Of a stretch of DNA of 64,000 nucleotides, positions 27,172-38,975 are shown one piece after another (position 1 is the stretch's first letter; the number at the start of each line of letters is the position of its first letter). The stretch lies in sequence record NZ_CP118992.1; one strand, written 5' to 3'. The DNA comes from a plasmid. The notes under the pieces are model-generated. The model had not been told where the DNA came from. It saw only the letters and a list, made by a program, of their open reading frames with translations, and searched no databases. The translations under genes and the position numbers were made by a program.

Positions 27172-27456
27172 ATGGCGATTACAAAGAAACCGACGAAGCC
27201 AGCGCAAGACGCTACCGCAGCGGCGGCGGATGCCTTCATTTCCGGTGCGCCGGATGCTGCCGCAGCCACCCCGGAAGCTCCGCGCCGAGTGCGCAAGGGC
27301 CGCAAGGTGCAAATCACGCTGACCATTGCCGAGCCGCTGCTGGATCGTGTCGATGAACTGGCGGGCCAAATTGGGCAGAGCCGGGCGGCTGTCATCAATC
27401 TGGCTGTGATGCAGATGCTCCAGAGCGGGCTACGCATCGAGGGCGAGGAACGATAA
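27172..27456 (+). CDS. ParG-like RHH centromere-binding partition protein.
   Basis: Disordered Ala-rich N-terminus then KVQITLTIAEPLLDRVDELAGQIGQSRAAVINLAVMQML (RHH fold), immediately downstream of parA. Confidence 0.6.
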   Translation: MAITKKPTKPAQDATAAAADAFISGAPDAAAATPEAPRRVRKGRKVQITLTIAEPLLDRVDELAGQIGQSRAAVINLAVMQMLQSGLRIEGEER

Positions 27457-27471
27457 AGAGGGGATGGGGCT

Positions 27472-28155
27472 ATGGCCACCAACGATCAAGAGATTTGGGT
27501 ATCAGCGTTCGATGTTCTCATCGCCCAGCTTGATGAAGCTCTCATTGAGTTGCGCCGGTCGCTTGCCAGCGTAGCCATAGAGCACGGTGTCGATAGCCCA
27601 CAGGTTACGGGAGTCCGGGCGCAGATCGACGAAGCCACCGCGAAGCGCGAGAAGGCGCAGGCCGAGCGGCAGCGCGTCATGGCCCAGCTTGCCGCCGGTG
27701 TGTCTGTTGCCGTCACTGCCGAAAAGCCCAAGCGCAAACAGCCGGGCATCCTGACGCAATCCGACCTCAAGCTGATTGAGGCATCGGTGGAGATTATGAG
27801 CACGCCGCCTGATGGTGAGGACATGGCCTTTACCCATTCGGTGCTGTGCCAAGTCGGCCTGCCGCGCTCCAAGTTCGATGGCCGCGAGTTCATGCGCCAA
27901 TCCGGCGCGGCGTGGATCAACGTTCAGGCGGGGTGGCTGGATGAGGGCAAAGGGCCGGTGCAGCAGCCCGTCCCATATGGCCCTTTGCCACGCTTGGCGC
28001 TGGCGTGGATCGCCACGCAGGCCGTGCGTACCAAAGAGCGTGAAATTGCCATCGGCAGCAGCGCAAGCGAGTTTCTGCGGCTGCTGGGCAAGCCCTCCAC
28101 TGGCGGGGTGCGCGGATCGTTTGCCACTCTGCGGAAGCAGATGCAGGGGGTGTAA
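27472..28155 (+). pseudogene. RepA_C-like plasmid replication protein, probably C-terminally truncated by a Tn3-family transposon insertion.
   Basis: Sequence resembles the plasmid-encoded RepA_C family (recollection). The reading frame terminates inside the transposon IR that begins at 28146. Confidence 0.4.
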
Positions 28156-28396
28156 GCCCAAACCGCCGAAAATTCCGCCACGCCAAATCTAGGGCTCAGA
28201 GAGTGCCCCCGCCGACGTGGATATCAGGGTCGGTGCTCTTGACCAAAGTCAGCAGAATGTAACACCGTCAGTTTATGCCTGCTTAAGGCCGGATTGCTGC
28301 CATTCGGTTTTCGTGGCCAACGGGCAGGACCCGACCGAGGCCGTGTGAAAACGAGTGAACTCTGATTGCGCTCTGTGGTCTATGCATAAGACATAG

Positions 28397-29863
28397 ATGC
28401 GGAGGCTGGGGATGAAGCGATTCATTGAAGGCGAAAGTCGAAACCAGATCACCTTGATGCCAGCCTGCCTGGACGACTATATCGACACTGACAATCCCGT
28501 GCGCGTCATTGATTTGTTTGTCGACGAACTTGATCTGGTCGAACTGGGATTTGACGGTACGGTCGCTGCGGCGACGGGACGGCCGGGTTACCATCCCGCG
28601 CTGTTGCTGAAGATCTACATCTATGGTTACCTGAACCGAATTCAATCGAGCCGGCGCCTGGAGCGCGAAACGCAGCGCAATGTTGAATTGATGTGGCTCA
28701 CGGGACATCTGTCTCCGGACTTCAAGACCATTGCCGACTTCCGTCACGACAACGGCAAAGGCATCCGTAACGTGTGCAAGCGGTTTGTGGCCCTCTGTCG
28801 CCAACTCAACCTGTTCAGCCAAGCGGTCGTGGCCATCGATGGCAGCAAATTCAAAGCCGTCAATAACCGGGACAAGAACTTCACGCCGCACAAACTCGAA
28901 CAGCGGATGAAGCAGATTGATGAAAGCATCGAGCGCTATCTGAATGCCCTGGACACGGCCGACCGGACGCAACCGGCTGATCTTGAAGCGAGAACCGCGC
29001 ACTTGCAAGAGAAGCTGGACAAGCTCAGGAAACAGATGCACTACCTGCGGGACATTGAGCAACAATTGAAACAGCAACCGGATCAGCAACTGTCACAAAC
29101 CGACCCGGATGCTCGCTCGATGGCCACCAGTGGCCGCGGTACTGGCATGGTCGGCTACAACGTCCAAACCTCTGTCGAGATCCAGCATCACTTGATCGTC
29201 GCCCATGAAGTCACGAATCTAGGGTATGACCGAACGCAACTCGCCAAGATGGCCTTGCAATCACGCGAAGCGCTCGCGGTTGAGAACATCGAAGCCATCG
29301 CCGACCGGGGTTATTACAAGGGACCGGAAATATTGAAGTGTGTCGAGGCGGGAATCACGCCCTCGGTGCCAAAGACCATGACCAGCAACAACAAAGCCAA
29401 AGGGTTATACGACAAACGTGATTTCGTCTATGTCGCGCAGGACAACGAATATCTTTGTCCTGCAGGGAAGCAGCTGATCTATCGTCACTCCTCGCTGAAG
29501 GATGGGATGAGAATTGATGATTACTACGCTTCGTACTTAACCTGCCAGCAGTGTGCGCTGAAAGCACAGTGCACTACCGGCAAGGAACGGCGGGTAAAGC
29601 GATGGGAACATGAAGGCGTCCTTGACGCCATGCAGGATCGCCTGGACCGGAACCCAGGGAAGATGAAACAACGACGGTGTACCGTCGAGCATGTCTTCGG
29701 AACACTGAAGTTCTGGATGGGGTCGGCGCATTTCTTGATGAAAACCCTCAAACATGTGAGCACGGAAGTGAGCTTGCACGTGCTGGCCTACAACCTTCGG
29801 CGAGTCATCAACATTCTCGGTGTTGAGAAACTCATGAGATCGATACGGTTACTTGCCGTTTAA
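28397..29863 (+). CDS. IS1182-family transposase (488 aa); the IS is inserted just inside the transposon's left IR.
   Basis: N-terminal InsH_N-like region (...ITLMPACLDDYIDTDNPVRVIDLFVDELDL...GRPGYHPALLLKIYIYGYLNRIQSSRRLE) and a C-terminal DDE region typical of IS1182/IS5-superfamily transposases. Confidence 0.8.
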   Translation: MRRLGMKRFIEGESRNQITLMPACLDDYIDTDNPVRVIDLFVDELDLVELGFDGTVAAATGRPGYHPALLLKIYIYGYLNRIQSSRRLERETQRNVELMWLTGHLSPDFKTIADFRHDNGKGIRNVCKRFVALCRQLNLFSQAVVAIDGSKFKAVNNRDKNFTPHKLEQRMKQIDESIERYLNALDTADRTQPADLEARTAHLQEKLDKLRKQMHYLRDIEQQLKQQPDQQLSQTDPDARSMATSGRGTGMVGYNVQTSVEIQHHLIVAHEVTNLGYDRTQLAKMALQSREALAVENIEAIADRGYYKGPEILKCVEAGITPSVPKTMTSNNKAKGLYDKRDFVYVAQDNEYLCPAGKQLIYRHSSLKDGMRIDDYYASYLTCQQCALKAQCTTGKERRVKRWEHEGVLDAMQDRLDRNPGKMKQRRCTVEHVFGTLKFWMGSAHFLMKTLKHVSTEVSLHVLAYNLRRVINILGVEKLMRSIRLLAV

Positions 29864-30383
29864 GGTCAGGTGGCCTTTTTTACGGCTCGATTTGACCGTA
29901 CTCTAAGGCGATTAGGACCCTCAGTTTCGATCTCAGAAAGCTGTCGGCCTCGATTTGATCAACAACGGGTAAAACACGCGCTCAAGCGCGCGGCGAACGG
30001 TAACTCAATTGCGTTTCCACACGGCCTCGACCCAAAGGCGACATCCCAGAGAAATGGGAGCAGCCATTCGCCGCTCGGGAAAGCGGATCGAAAGCGGCCG
30101 CTCACGAGGCCAACTCCGGATTCATGAATGAACATGCGGTAGTGCAGCTCAGACTGTTGACCCCAAGAAACAACTGGGCAACATTTCCCTGGCGATACCA
30201 GAAACCTGTCAGTTGTTTCTGAGGAAGGGAGGGCGAGTCAATCCGTATAACGTTTTGCCATATAATGGCATCTATGCGTTTAGTCTAGTAATTACTGGAC
30301 ATTACTGGATTCCACTTACGTAGCAAACGCCATTGCCGTACTATCCCAACTCAATTTCCTTGAAACACTTTTGCAAAGCCACC

Positions 30384-31994
30384 ATGACTATTCGACGTCT
30401 GATTTCACTTTTCACCCTGGCGACACTTGTCTTGTTGAGCGTACTCATCTTTACGCTCTGGTCAGGCTTCCGAAATGCACTGGAAACTTCACGTGACGAG
30501 AACACCGTCGCACTGCCGGCTTTGGTGTCAATGCTGGAAACGCGTTTCAACGTGGTTCAGGTCCAGCAGTTCCTTACCGATGTCTCGGCGACCGGTGAGT
30601 CCGACGGCTTCAAGGAAGCCAAGACAGCCTACGATGAAGCGATCAAGGATCTGGATAACATCGCCCGGCTCCAACCAAAGCTTGCCGACCAGGCGGCCAA
30701 GGCGAAAGACAGCTTAGGCAAGTTCCATACGTTCGGCATCGAAATGGCCAAGGCCTACAACAGCGGTGGTCAGGAAGCAGGCAACGCGCTGATGAAGCGC
30801 CCCAATGATGGTTTCGACGCTCTGGCGGAACGGCTGACCGGCCAGCTTGAGAGTCTGGAGAAAACCGTTCGCGAGCACATGGCGGAATCCGCAAGCATTG
30901 CGGAAACCGGAATCCAGCGGGCGCAGGGCACAAGTACCGGGCTCGGCGTCGCCATCGGTGTGCTGATGCTGCTATCGGGTTTCATGCTCTACCGGTCGCT
31001 GATCCGGACACTCGGCGGCGAACCCGTGGAGGCTGCAAGGATTACGCAACGCATCGCCGGTGGCGACCTCACCCACGAAATCAGAATCCGCCCCGGTGAT
31101 CAGCACAGCCTGCTGGCGGCGATCCGGGCCATGCAGGAGAGTCTGCGCACGATCATACGCGGCATCGGCGAGTCAGCCGACACGCTGACCGCTTCGGCGC
31201 ACGAGATCTCGCTCGCCGCCAATCAGGTCGCGACGGCGGCCCATACCCAAAGCGACAAATCCGCGTCGATGGCCGCGTCGATCGAGGAAATGGCGGTGTC
31301 AATAACCCATATCACCGAAAGCGCCAGCGGGGCACATCAGAGCGCGGTCGATGCGCGGAGCCTTTCCGATGTCGGCGAAGCCGCGGTGGATGAGGCGATT
31401 GCCGAAATGGACGGAATTTCTGCAGCGGTGATGAGCACGGCCGAGTCGGTGAAGGTGCTCGGCGATCGCTCGGAGCAGATTTCAAAAATCGTCGATGTGA
31501 TCCGTGAAATTGCCGACCAGACCAATCTTCTCGCCTTGAACGCGGCCATTGAGGCGGCGCGAGCGGGCGAGCAGGGGCGCGGCTTCGCGGTCGTCGCTGA
31601 CGAAGTGCGCAAACTCGCCGAACGCACGACCAAGGCGACCAGCGAAATCAAGGCAACGGTCGATTCCGTGCGTGAGGGCACCGTCAGGGTGGTCAACGAA
31701 ATGGCCGGCGGCAGTGACCGTACACGAGCCGGAGTGGTGATGATCCGGCGCGCCGGCGAAACGATGGGCAAGATTCAGGACGGCGTGGGCCAGATGATGA
31801 GCGCGGCCGAGGAGATATCCGCGTCGCTGCGCGAGCAGAACACGGCCAATCACGACATCGCCCGCAATGTCGAAGGCATTGCCCAGATGACCGAGGAAAC
31901 CAGCGCCGTGGTCCGTTCGGTCGCCAAGTCGGCCGAACACCTCGAAAAGCTGTCCGTTTCAATGAGCGAGTCGGTGCATAAGTTCCGGATCTGA
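30384..31994 (+). CDS. Methyl-accepting chemotaxis protein (2TM, HAMP, MA signalling domain) carried as transposon cargo.
   Basis: TM helices, HAMP ([16 protein letters not shown]) and the highly conserved MCP signalling region (...[38 protein letters not shown]...). The identical gene is in copy B (59676..61286). Confidence 0.85.
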   Translation: MTIRRLISLFTLATLVLLSVLIFTLWSGFRNALETSRDENTVALPALVSMLETRFNVVQVQQFLTDVSATGESDGFKEAKTAYDEAIKDLDNIARLQPKLADQAAKAKDSLGKFHTFGIEMAKAYNSGGQEAGNALMKRPNDGFDALAERLTGQLESLEKTVREHMAESASIAETGIQRAQGTSTGLGVAIGVLMLLSGFMLYRSLIRTLGGEPVEAARITQRIAGGDLTHEIRIRPGDQHSLLAAIRAMQESLRTIIRGIGESADTLTASAHEISLAANQVATAAHTQSDKSASMAASIEEMAVSITHITESASGAHQSAVDARSLSDVGEAAVDEAIAEMDGISAAVMSTAESVKVLGDRSEQISKIVDVIREIADQTNLLALNAAIEAARAGEQGRGFAVVADEVRKLAERTTKATSEIKATVDSVREGTVRVVNEMAGGSDRTRAGVVMIRRAGETMGKIQDGVGQMMSAAEEISASLREQNTANHDIARNVEGIAQMTEETSAVVRSVAKSAEHLEKLSVSMSESVHKFRI

Positions 31995-32194
31995 CGCTTA
32001 TCGCTTCTTTGATGCCCTCCAGTGGAAAGATTGGGCAACACAGGTTCAACGACTGCATACAGGTAAGTAATCCAAGGCAACGGCGGCTTTAGAGGAAATT
32101 TTTCACCGGCCGGTTATGGCCGGCTGCACTCATTGGGATTTTAAACCTGAACGGCAGCCCTATGATGCAAAGGAGCCGTTCAACTCAATACGGA

Positions 32195-33022
32195 TCACCG
32201 CTCTGGCAGCTTACCCAGTTGCTTGATGACGCCGATGCCAACCAAGGAGCGCATCTGCGTGATCGCGATGGCGTTTAATTGCGTCAATCGCTCCGGCGCT
32301 GAAAGCCCTTGATGGATCAGGACCGCGTTGATGCTCTCCATATTGGATAGCACGACCAATTGCTCCAGGGTCGCGATATCACGCATGTTGCCGGTTTGGT
32401 CGGGATTGGCTTGCCGCCATTGAGTGGCCGTCATCCCAAACAGTGCGACGTTGAGTAGATCGGCTTCGCTGGCATAGACGGTGGCGGTTTGCGTTTTGGT
32501 TAGTTGCGGCGGAATCAGGCGTTCCTTGATGGCGTCCGTGTGAATACGGTAGTTGACCTTGGACAGCGTGCGCTGGAAATTCCATTCCAGCGAAATGGCT
32601 CGCGCTTCTTCATCCTTGAGGCGCTGAAATTCCTTGATCAGGTACAGCTTGAACTCGGGGCTGAGCCAAGAACCGAATTCGAAAGCGATATCCTTGTGGG
32701 CATAGGTGCCGCCGCCACGTCCAGCTTTGGCATAGAGACCGATGGCGTCTGTGGTATCGATCCATTTTTTCGGCGACAGTGAGAAACTGTTCAGACCGGC
32801 CTGACTCTTAAACCTCTCGAATTCGAGAGGTTTAAAGGCTGGGTTGTAAATTTGCTCCCATATACCGAGGAACTCTATGGTGTTGCGGTTCCGCAACCAA
32901 CTGTAGAGAACGCTTTCATCCCCGAATCGTTTCACCATGTCAGTCAGTGAAATGTAATCCTGTTCGTGACGAGTCGTGATGGTCACTTCGGCGCCGTGCA
33001 CCGTAATGCTGCGATTTTTCAT
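32195..33022 (-). CDS. KilA-N domain protein (N-terminal KilA-N/Bro-N-like DNA-binding domain plus C-terminal region).
   Basis: ...ITVHGAEVTITTRHEQDYISLTDMVKRFGDESVLYSWLRNRNTIEFLGIWEQ... fits KilA-N. Start taken at MKNRS (33022). A convergent terminator hairpin lies between it and the MCP gene. Confidence 0.6.
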   Translation of the reverse strand: MKNRSITVHGAEVTITTRHEQDYISLTDMVKRFGDESVLYSWLRNRNTIEFLGIWEQIYNPAFKPLEFERFKSQAGLNSFSLSPKKWIDTTDAIGLYAKAGRGGGTYAHKDIAFEFGSWLSPEFKLYLIKEFQRLKDEEARAISLEWNFQRTLSKVNYRIHTDAIKERLIPPQLTKTQTATVYASEADLLNVALFGMTATQWRQANPDQTGNMRDIATLEQLVVLSNMESINAVLIHQGLSAPERLTQLNAIAITQMRSLVGIGVIKQLGKLPER

Positions 33023-33039
33023 GTTGATGAGTCCAAAGC

Positions 33040-33160
33040 CTGTCGGAAAACAACTGTTTTGCGACAGGCACCGTTCGGCTACCAAAATCGCGTATTAACC
33101 CCGCCAAAAAATATGCGGAAAACAATGCCGCTATGGTATAGCATACGGAAATCATAGGCT
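33040..33160. promoter_or_regulatory. Putative res (resolution) site upstream of tnpR.
   Basis: Inverted-repeat subsite TGTCGGAAAACAACTGTTTTGCGACA, plus further dyads before the tnpR start; the position matches res-tnpR-tnpA organisation. Confidence 0.4.
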
Positions 33161-33175
33161 ATGGGTTTTCCACAC

Positions 33176-33769
33176 ATGCTTGTCGGCTACATGCGCGTCT
33201 CTTCCGACTCTGATCGACAAACCACGGATCTACAACGCGATGCCCTGTTGGCGGCAGGCGTTGATGCGCGCCACCTATTCGAGGATCGCGCGTCCGGCGC
33301 CAAGGATGATCGTCCGGGGTTGGCCAAGGCGCTGGCGTTTGTTCAACCTGACGATGTTCTTGTCGTCTGGAAGCTGGACAGGCTTGGCCGCTCGCTGTCG
33401 CATCTGCTCACCATCGTTGACACGTTGCGGGAGCGGCAGGTCGCTTTTCGTTCGCTCACCGAAGGCATGGATACCACCACGCCATCGGGCGAGCTATTGT
33501 TTCAGGTGTTCGGTGCGCTTGCGCAGTACGAACGCGCCCTGACCCGAGAAAGGGTAATAGCCGGACTGGCGGCCGCCAAGCGACGGGGCCGACTCGGTGG
33601 CCGGCCACCGGCGATCATCGGCGAGAAACTGGACACCATCGTCGCCGCGCTGAATGGCGGCATGTCCAAGGCGGCTGTGTGCCGCAACTTTGGCGTCAAG
33701 CGCACCACGCTGATCGAAACCCTTGCCCGAGTTGGCTGGCCAAGTGCTGAGAAGATGCCGCAACGATGA
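33176..33769 (+). CDS. tnpR: Serine recombinase/resolvase TnpR.
   Basis: MLVGYMRVSSDSDRQTTDLQRDAL... carries the catalytic Ser motif and C-terminal HTH of resolvases. ATGA overlap with tnpA. Confidence 0.85.
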   Translation: MLVGYMRVSSDSDRQTTDLQRDALLAAGVDARHLFEDRASGAKDDRPGLAKALAFVQPDDVLVVWKLDRLGRSLSHLLTIVDTLRERQVAFRSLTEGMDTTTPSGELLFQVFGALAQYERALTRERVIAGLAAAKRRGRLGGRPPAIIGEKLDTIVAALNGGMSKAAVCRNFGVKRTTLIETLARVGWPSAEKMPQR

Positions 33770-36700
33770 GGCGTAAAAGCGAGCGGCTAACCGTTCTTTC
33801 GGAGGCCGAGCAATTCGCCCTGTACGGCATGCCTGACTTCGATGATGGACAGCAACAGGAGTATCTATCACTGACCGAGGCGGAACTGGCGCTCGCCTGC
33901 AGTCGTCCTGGTTTGCATGCCCAAGCTTACTGCGCTTTGCAGATCGGCTACTTCAAAGCCAAGCATGCCTTCTTCCGCTTTACTTGGGACGACGCGCCGG
34001 ACGATTGCGCCTTCGTCCTGACTCGCTATTTCAACGATCAGGCGTTCGAGCCGCACACGATCACCAAGCACGAGCGCTACGCGCAACGAACTCTGATTGC
34101 GAAGCTATTCGGCTACCGGCTATGGTCGACGGACTCCCTGCCACAACTCGTGCAACAAGCCAATCAGATCGTTCGGCGTGACATCACGCCCGGCTTCATC
34201 GTGGCCGAGTTGATCGTCTATCTCAACGAGCACAAGATCGTCCGGCCCGGCCTCACCACGTTGCAGGAACTGATCAGCGAAGCATTGTCCGCCGAACGCC
34301 GACGCTTGGGTGTGCTACTCGATGAGGTACTGGACGGCGAGGCCAAGGCCGCGCTGGCTCAACTTCTGGTGCGCGACGACACCCTGTCGGAGCTGGCGGC
34401 TCTCAAGCAGGATGCCAAAAGCTTCGGCTGGCGACAAATGGCGCAGGAGCGGGAGAAGCGTGCCAAGCTGGAACCGTTATACCGAATTGCCAAGACGCTG
34501 TTGGCCAGGTTGGCGATCTCGCAGCAGAATCTGCACTATTACGCGAGCCTGGCCAATTTTTACACTGTCTACGACCTTCGCCGCCTCAAACCCGAGCAGA
34601 CCAACTTGTATCTGCTGTGCTACGCCTGGCAGCGTTATCGACAGTTTACCGATAATCTCGTAGATGCCTTGGGCTACCACATGAAGCAGCTCGAAGACGA
34701 GAGCAAGGCGCGGTCGAATAAGCTCTTCGTCACGGAACAGATCCGTCGGCAACAGGAAACGCCGCGAGTCGGACGTTTGCTGTTGCTCTACGTCGACGAC
34801 ACGGTGGCCGATGTCACGCCTTTCGGCGACGTGCGCCAGCGTGCGTTCAAGATCATGCCGAAGGAGGCGCTGCAAATGACCGGCCAACGCCTCAGCGTGA
34901 AGCCCGCGAGCAAGCTGGCCCTGCGCTGGCAGACCGTTGACGGTTTGGCCGAACGCATCCGGCGCCACGTGCGGCCACTCTACGGGGCGCTTGAATTCTC
35001 CGGGGTCGTGCCGGATAACCCGTGGCTTGGGGCGCTCGCCTGGGTGAAGGGTGTATTCGCGAAACAGCAGCGACTGTCACACCGTCCTCTGGCCGAATGC
35101 CCCGAGGCCACCCTGCCCAAGCGTCTGCGTCCCTATCTATTGATATTCGACGCGGACGGGAAGCCCTTGGGCTTACATGCCGACCGCTATGAGTTCTGGC
35201 TTTACCGCCAACTCAGAAAACGCTTCAAGGCTGGAGAGATCTATCTGGACGACAGTCTGCAGCACCGCTGCTTTACTGACGAGCTGGTCTCCCTTGAGGA
35301 GAAGGCCAGCGTGCTCGGCCAGATGGACATTCCCTGGCTGCGCCAGCCCATCGGAGCGCAACTTGACGCGCTGAAGGCCGAACTCCACGAACAGTGGCTG
35401 GCGTTCAACCGTGAGTTGCGCCAAGGGAAGTTGAAGCATCTCGACTACGATAGCGAGCGCAAGACGCTGACCTGGCGCCGACCCAAGGCCGACAACGATA
35501 CCGCCAAACAGAACCGCTTCTATGATCAATTGTCGTTCTGCGATGTCGGTGACGTGTTCCGCTTTGTGAACGGGCAATGCCAGTTCCTGTCGGCGCTGAC
35601 ACCGCTGCAACCGCGCTACGTCAAGCAGGTCGCCGATTCGGACAGTCTGATGGCCGGTATCATCGCCCAGGCGATGAACCACGGCAACCTCGTCATGTCG
35701 CGCACCAGTGATATTCCCTACCACGTGCTGGAGACGACCTACCAACAGTATCTGCGCCAGGCATCGCTGCAGGCGGCCAACGACCGGATCAGCAATGGCA
35801 TTGCCGACTTGCCCATCTTCCCGCACTATTCCTTCGACCTTGGTGGAGCACTCTACGGCAGCGTCGATGGTCAGAAGTTCGGCGTGGAGCGACCGACCGT
35901 CAAGGCGCGGCATTCGCGTAAGTATTTCGGTCGTGGTAAAGGGGTCGTCGCCTACACCCTGCTGTGTAACCATGTGCCGCTGCAAAGTTGGATCATCGGC
36001 GCGCATGAGTTCGAGGCGCATCACGTGTTCGACATTTGGTACCGCAACACGTCCGATATCGTGCCAACCACGATTACCGGTGACATGCACAGCGTCAACA
36101 AGGCGAACTTCGCCATCCTGTATTGGTTTGGTCTACGCTTCGAGCCGCGTTTCACCGATCTGGAAGAGCAACTGAAAGAACTCTACTGCGCCGATGATCC
36201 GGCGCTGTACGAAAAATGCCTGATTCGCCCGGTCGGCCAGATCAACCTGCCCGCCGTCATTGATGAGAAAAGCAACATTGATCAGATCGTGGCCACGCTA
36301 GGCCTCAAAGAGATGACGCAGGGCACACTGATCCGCAAGCTGTGCACCTACTCCGCATCGAACCCAACGCGGCAAGCCATATTCGAGTTCGACAAGCTGA
36401 TTCGCAGCATCTACACGTTGCGCTATTTGCGTGATCCTCAGTTGGAGCGCAACGTCCACCGCTCGCAGAATCGCATCGAGTCCTACCACCAGCTGCGTTC
36501 AGCCATCGCTCAGGTCGGCGGCAAGAAGGAATTGACCGGCCAGACCGACATCGAAGTCGAAATCAGCAACCAGTGCGCGCGGCTGATCGCCAACGCCATC
36601 ATCTACTACAACTCGGCGATCCTTTCGCGGCTGTTGACCAAGTGTGAAACCAGCGGAAACGAGAAAGCCCTCGCCCTGCTCAAGAAGATTTCGCCGGCAG

Positions 36701-36798
36701 CGTGGCGCCATATTCACCTGAACGGGCACTATACCTTTCACGGCGATGGTCAGATTATCGATCTGGATGCGATCGTGGCGGGGCTGGAATTGGGTTGA
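33766..36798 (+). CDS. tnpA: Tn3-family DDE transposase TnpA (1010 aa).
   Basis: Full-length Tn3-family transposase (N-terminal DUF4158-like region plus DDE_Tnp_Tn3), ending inside the terminal IR. An identical copy is at 54872..57904 (-). Confidence 0.9.
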   Translation: MRRKSERLTVLSEAEQFALYGMPDFDDGQQQEYLSLTEAELALACSRPGLHAQAYCALQIGYFKAKHAFFRFTWDDAPDDCAFVLTRYFNDQAFEPHTITKHERYAQRTLIAKLFGYRLWSTDSLPQLVQQANQIVRRDITPGFIVAELIVYLNEHKIVRPGLTTLQELISEALSAERRRLGVLLDEVLDGEAKAALAQLLVRDDTLSELAALKQDAKSFGWRQMAQEREKRAKLEPLYRIAKTLLARLAISQQNLHYYASLANFYTVYDLRRLKPEQTNLYLLCYAWQRYRQFTDNLVDALGYHMKQLEDESKARSNKLFVTEQIRRQQETPRVGRLLLLYVDDTVADVTPFGDVRQRAFKIMPKEALQMTGQRLSVKPASKLALRWQTVDGLAERIRRHVRPLYGALEFSGVVPDNPWLGALAWVKGVFAKQQRLSHRPLAECPEATLPKRLRPYLLIFDADGKPLGLHADRYEFWLYRQLRKRFKAGEIYLDDSLQHRCFTDELVSLEEKASVLGQMDIPWLRQPIGAQLDALKAELHEQWLAFNRELRQGKLKHLDYDSERKTLTWRRPKADNDTAKQNRFYDQLSFCDVGDVFRFVNGQCQFLSALTPLQPRYVKQVADSDSLMAGIIAQAMNHGNLVMSRTSDIPYHVLETTYQQYLRQASLQAANDRISNGIADLPIFPHYSFDLGGALYGSVDGQKFGVERPTVKARHSRKYFGRGKGVVAYTLLCNHVPLQSWIIGAHEFEAHHVFDIWYRNTSDIVPTTITGDMHSVNKANFAILYWFGLRFEPRFTDLEEQLKELYCADDPALYEKCLIRPVGQINLPAVIDEKSNIDQIVATLGLKEMTQGTLIRKLCTYSASNPTRQAIFEFDKLIRSIYTLRYLRDPQLERNVHRSQNRIESYHQLRSAIAQVGGKKELTGQTDIEVEISNQCARLIANAIIYYNSAILSRLLTKCETSGNEKALALLKKISPAAWRHIHLNGHYTFHGDGQIIDLDAIVAGLELG

Positions 36799-38735
36799 CG
36801 GAATTTTCGGCGGTTTGGGCTTACCCCCCCATAATTCCGCTCCGACATCTGCGCGATGTTTTCGACACTCTTGGCGACCTCATTATTCGCATAGCTTTGC
36901 TCGCGAAGCGAGGTGGAAATGCCATCGATTGCTGCCAGAACATTGTCGGTGCTGCCATGAATAGTCGCCATGGAATTCCCCGTATTTCTAACGAGTTCCA
37001 TGCCCTCATTGACCATAACAGTTCCTTGCACCATGCTTTCCACCGCCTGCATCGTGCCGTTGCGTATCGCTTCGATCATGGTGGCGATGTCCTGGGTGGA
37101 GAGTTTCGTGCGTTCGGCCAGCTTTCGCACCTCGTCGGCGACCACGGCAAAGCCTCGCCCCTGCTCCCCAGCCCGTGCAGCTTCGATGGCCGCGTTGAGC
37201 GCCAGCAGATTGGTCTGGTCGGCAATCTTCTTGATGACATTGACGATATCCGCAATCTTGTGGGATTGCTCGTCAAGGGCTTGCATGAAATTCGATGACT
37301 GATTGACGTTTTCGACGATCTTGTTCATTTCAGCGACCGTTTTCTGGGCAAACAGCTCCCCTTCTTCGGCCATCTGCTTTGAATCAATTGCACTCTTGTT
37401 TACGTCCACCGTATTGTCCGATATGTGGCCGATGCTGACCGTCATCTCTTCGACCGTCGCCGCGACAGCCGCTGCGGCATCTGTCTGCTGGTTAGTTGCC
37501 TCATGCACTTGATGCGATGAGGCCGACAATTGCTTGGCGAAACCAGCCAGTTGAACCGTCGCTACGACGATTTGTTCGACCATTTCACGCAACCCGTCCT
37601 GCATCGACTTCATAGAAGCCAGAAGGCTTGTCGTATCGTTGGACTGGAGGTTGATCGTTGCCGACAGATCGCCTTTGGCTATTCTCCGGGCAACCCCGGA
37701 GGCGTACTCGGGCTCTCCACCCAACGTTTCTAGCAGGTTGCGGACAATGGCAAAGCAAATCCACAGGGTCAGGCCGACAGCTACCAGAAGCAGGCTGGCG
37801 TACGAAACGAATGCATCACGATCTGCATCCATATTCGCGTGGATTTCCTGCTGGATATCCTTTGTGTAGCTTTCCTCGACCGTCCTCAGCAGGTCAATTT
37901 TTGCAGTGATTTTGGCAAACCAGTCCTCCGGGGAATAGACCAGCTCGGCATTTGCACCCTTGTCCTTGACCATCTGTTCGATGGTGCCCACTTCCTTGAA
38001 AATCGGCTCGGCTAGCTTGGCACGCAGTAGTTTTTCCTGATCCGGCGTGGCGTACCCGATGGCCAGGCGCAAATAGGTGGCCTGATCGTTGATCAGACTC
38101 TGAAAAGTGCTGAATTGTTCAGAAGTCAGGCGCCCGGCGCTGAAGCCGCCGGCTACCAATCCCCGCTCCTGACTGTTGCGTTCCTTCAAGAACAATACTG
38201 CCTGTTTGGCATTCGACAGGCGTGACAGTTTCGATGACGGCATCTGGTTTCCGGTACGCAGCACGATTTCCAGTAACTGCGAAATCGTCTCGCTGTAGAA
38301 GCGGAAGGACTCACCGGGTTCAAGCGAGAGACGTGTTATCTGTTCGCGTTTTTTTTCGAGTTCGGCCAAAGGCGCGCTCACCGTTGCAAGAAGCTTGATA
38401 TAGCGCGGCCCGACCATGGACGCGTCGATACGCCGGATGCTTTCATTCAGACGAGAGATGGCGGTATCAGAAAGCTTGCGCTGCGCCGTGAGGTTCTCGG
38501 CAAATTTTCCGCCCTTGCTGTTGAGGAAGCCGGAGCTCATGCCGCGCTCCTTCTGTAGCTCATGCACTGTTTCACCCAACTCGACGACCAGGCTGACCAG
38601 AGATTCTGCCTGAACACGAGACTGATAATCTGAGTACTTGTTCCAGGCTCCGCTTAGGCCAAGGACCAACATGACCGTAATCGGCACGGTGGCGATCAGC
38701 AACAAACGGCTTTTCAAACTCGTCTTTTCAAACAT
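36750..38735 (-). pseudogene. NIT-domain methyl-accepting chemotaxis protein; its 3' end (C-terminus) is replaced by transposon IR sequence.
   Basis: N-terminal NIT-like sensor region (...[31 protein letters not shown]...), HAMP and MCP signalling domain. The last ~15 residues are encoded by the Tn3-family IR (36790..36830), so the native C-terminus (~30 aa) is lost. Confidence 0.7.
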
Positions 38736-38975
38736 TCACGTCCCCTGATTGTTCATAAATATTGAGCCAAATTCTAACTGATATTCGAGTCTGTCTGCCC
38801 GAATTGTGCCGCCGGACGGCGAGCCTGCCACCAAGGCCTCACGTTGCGCCAGCCAGGACGCCGACAACTTGCCGCGAAGCAACTGGCTGATGCCCACCTC
38901 GAGGTGTCCCATGGCCATTGCTGTAAAACAGCGTACAAACCTTTCCAGATTTCCGGGGTGATCAGCGTCCAATAG

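Larger units (their letters stand above)
28146..36830 (+). mobile_element. Tn3-family transposon, copy A (~8.7 kb): IR, IS1182-family IS, MCP, KilA-N, res, tnpR, tnpA, IR.
   Basis: Terminal IRs GGGGGTGTAAGCCCAAACCGCCGAAAATTCCGCCACGCC (28146..28184) and the reverse complement of GGGGGGGTAAGCCCAAACCGCCGAAAATTCCGTCAACCCAA (36790..36830). tnpA stop lies inside the right IR. An inverted near-identical copy is at 54841..62492. Confidence 0.75.

Noticed and set aside
35173-36090. 305-aa ORF antisense within tnpA, and its twin at 55580..56497.
   Set aside because: It lies entirely within the well-supported 1010-aa Tn3-family transposase and has no motifs.
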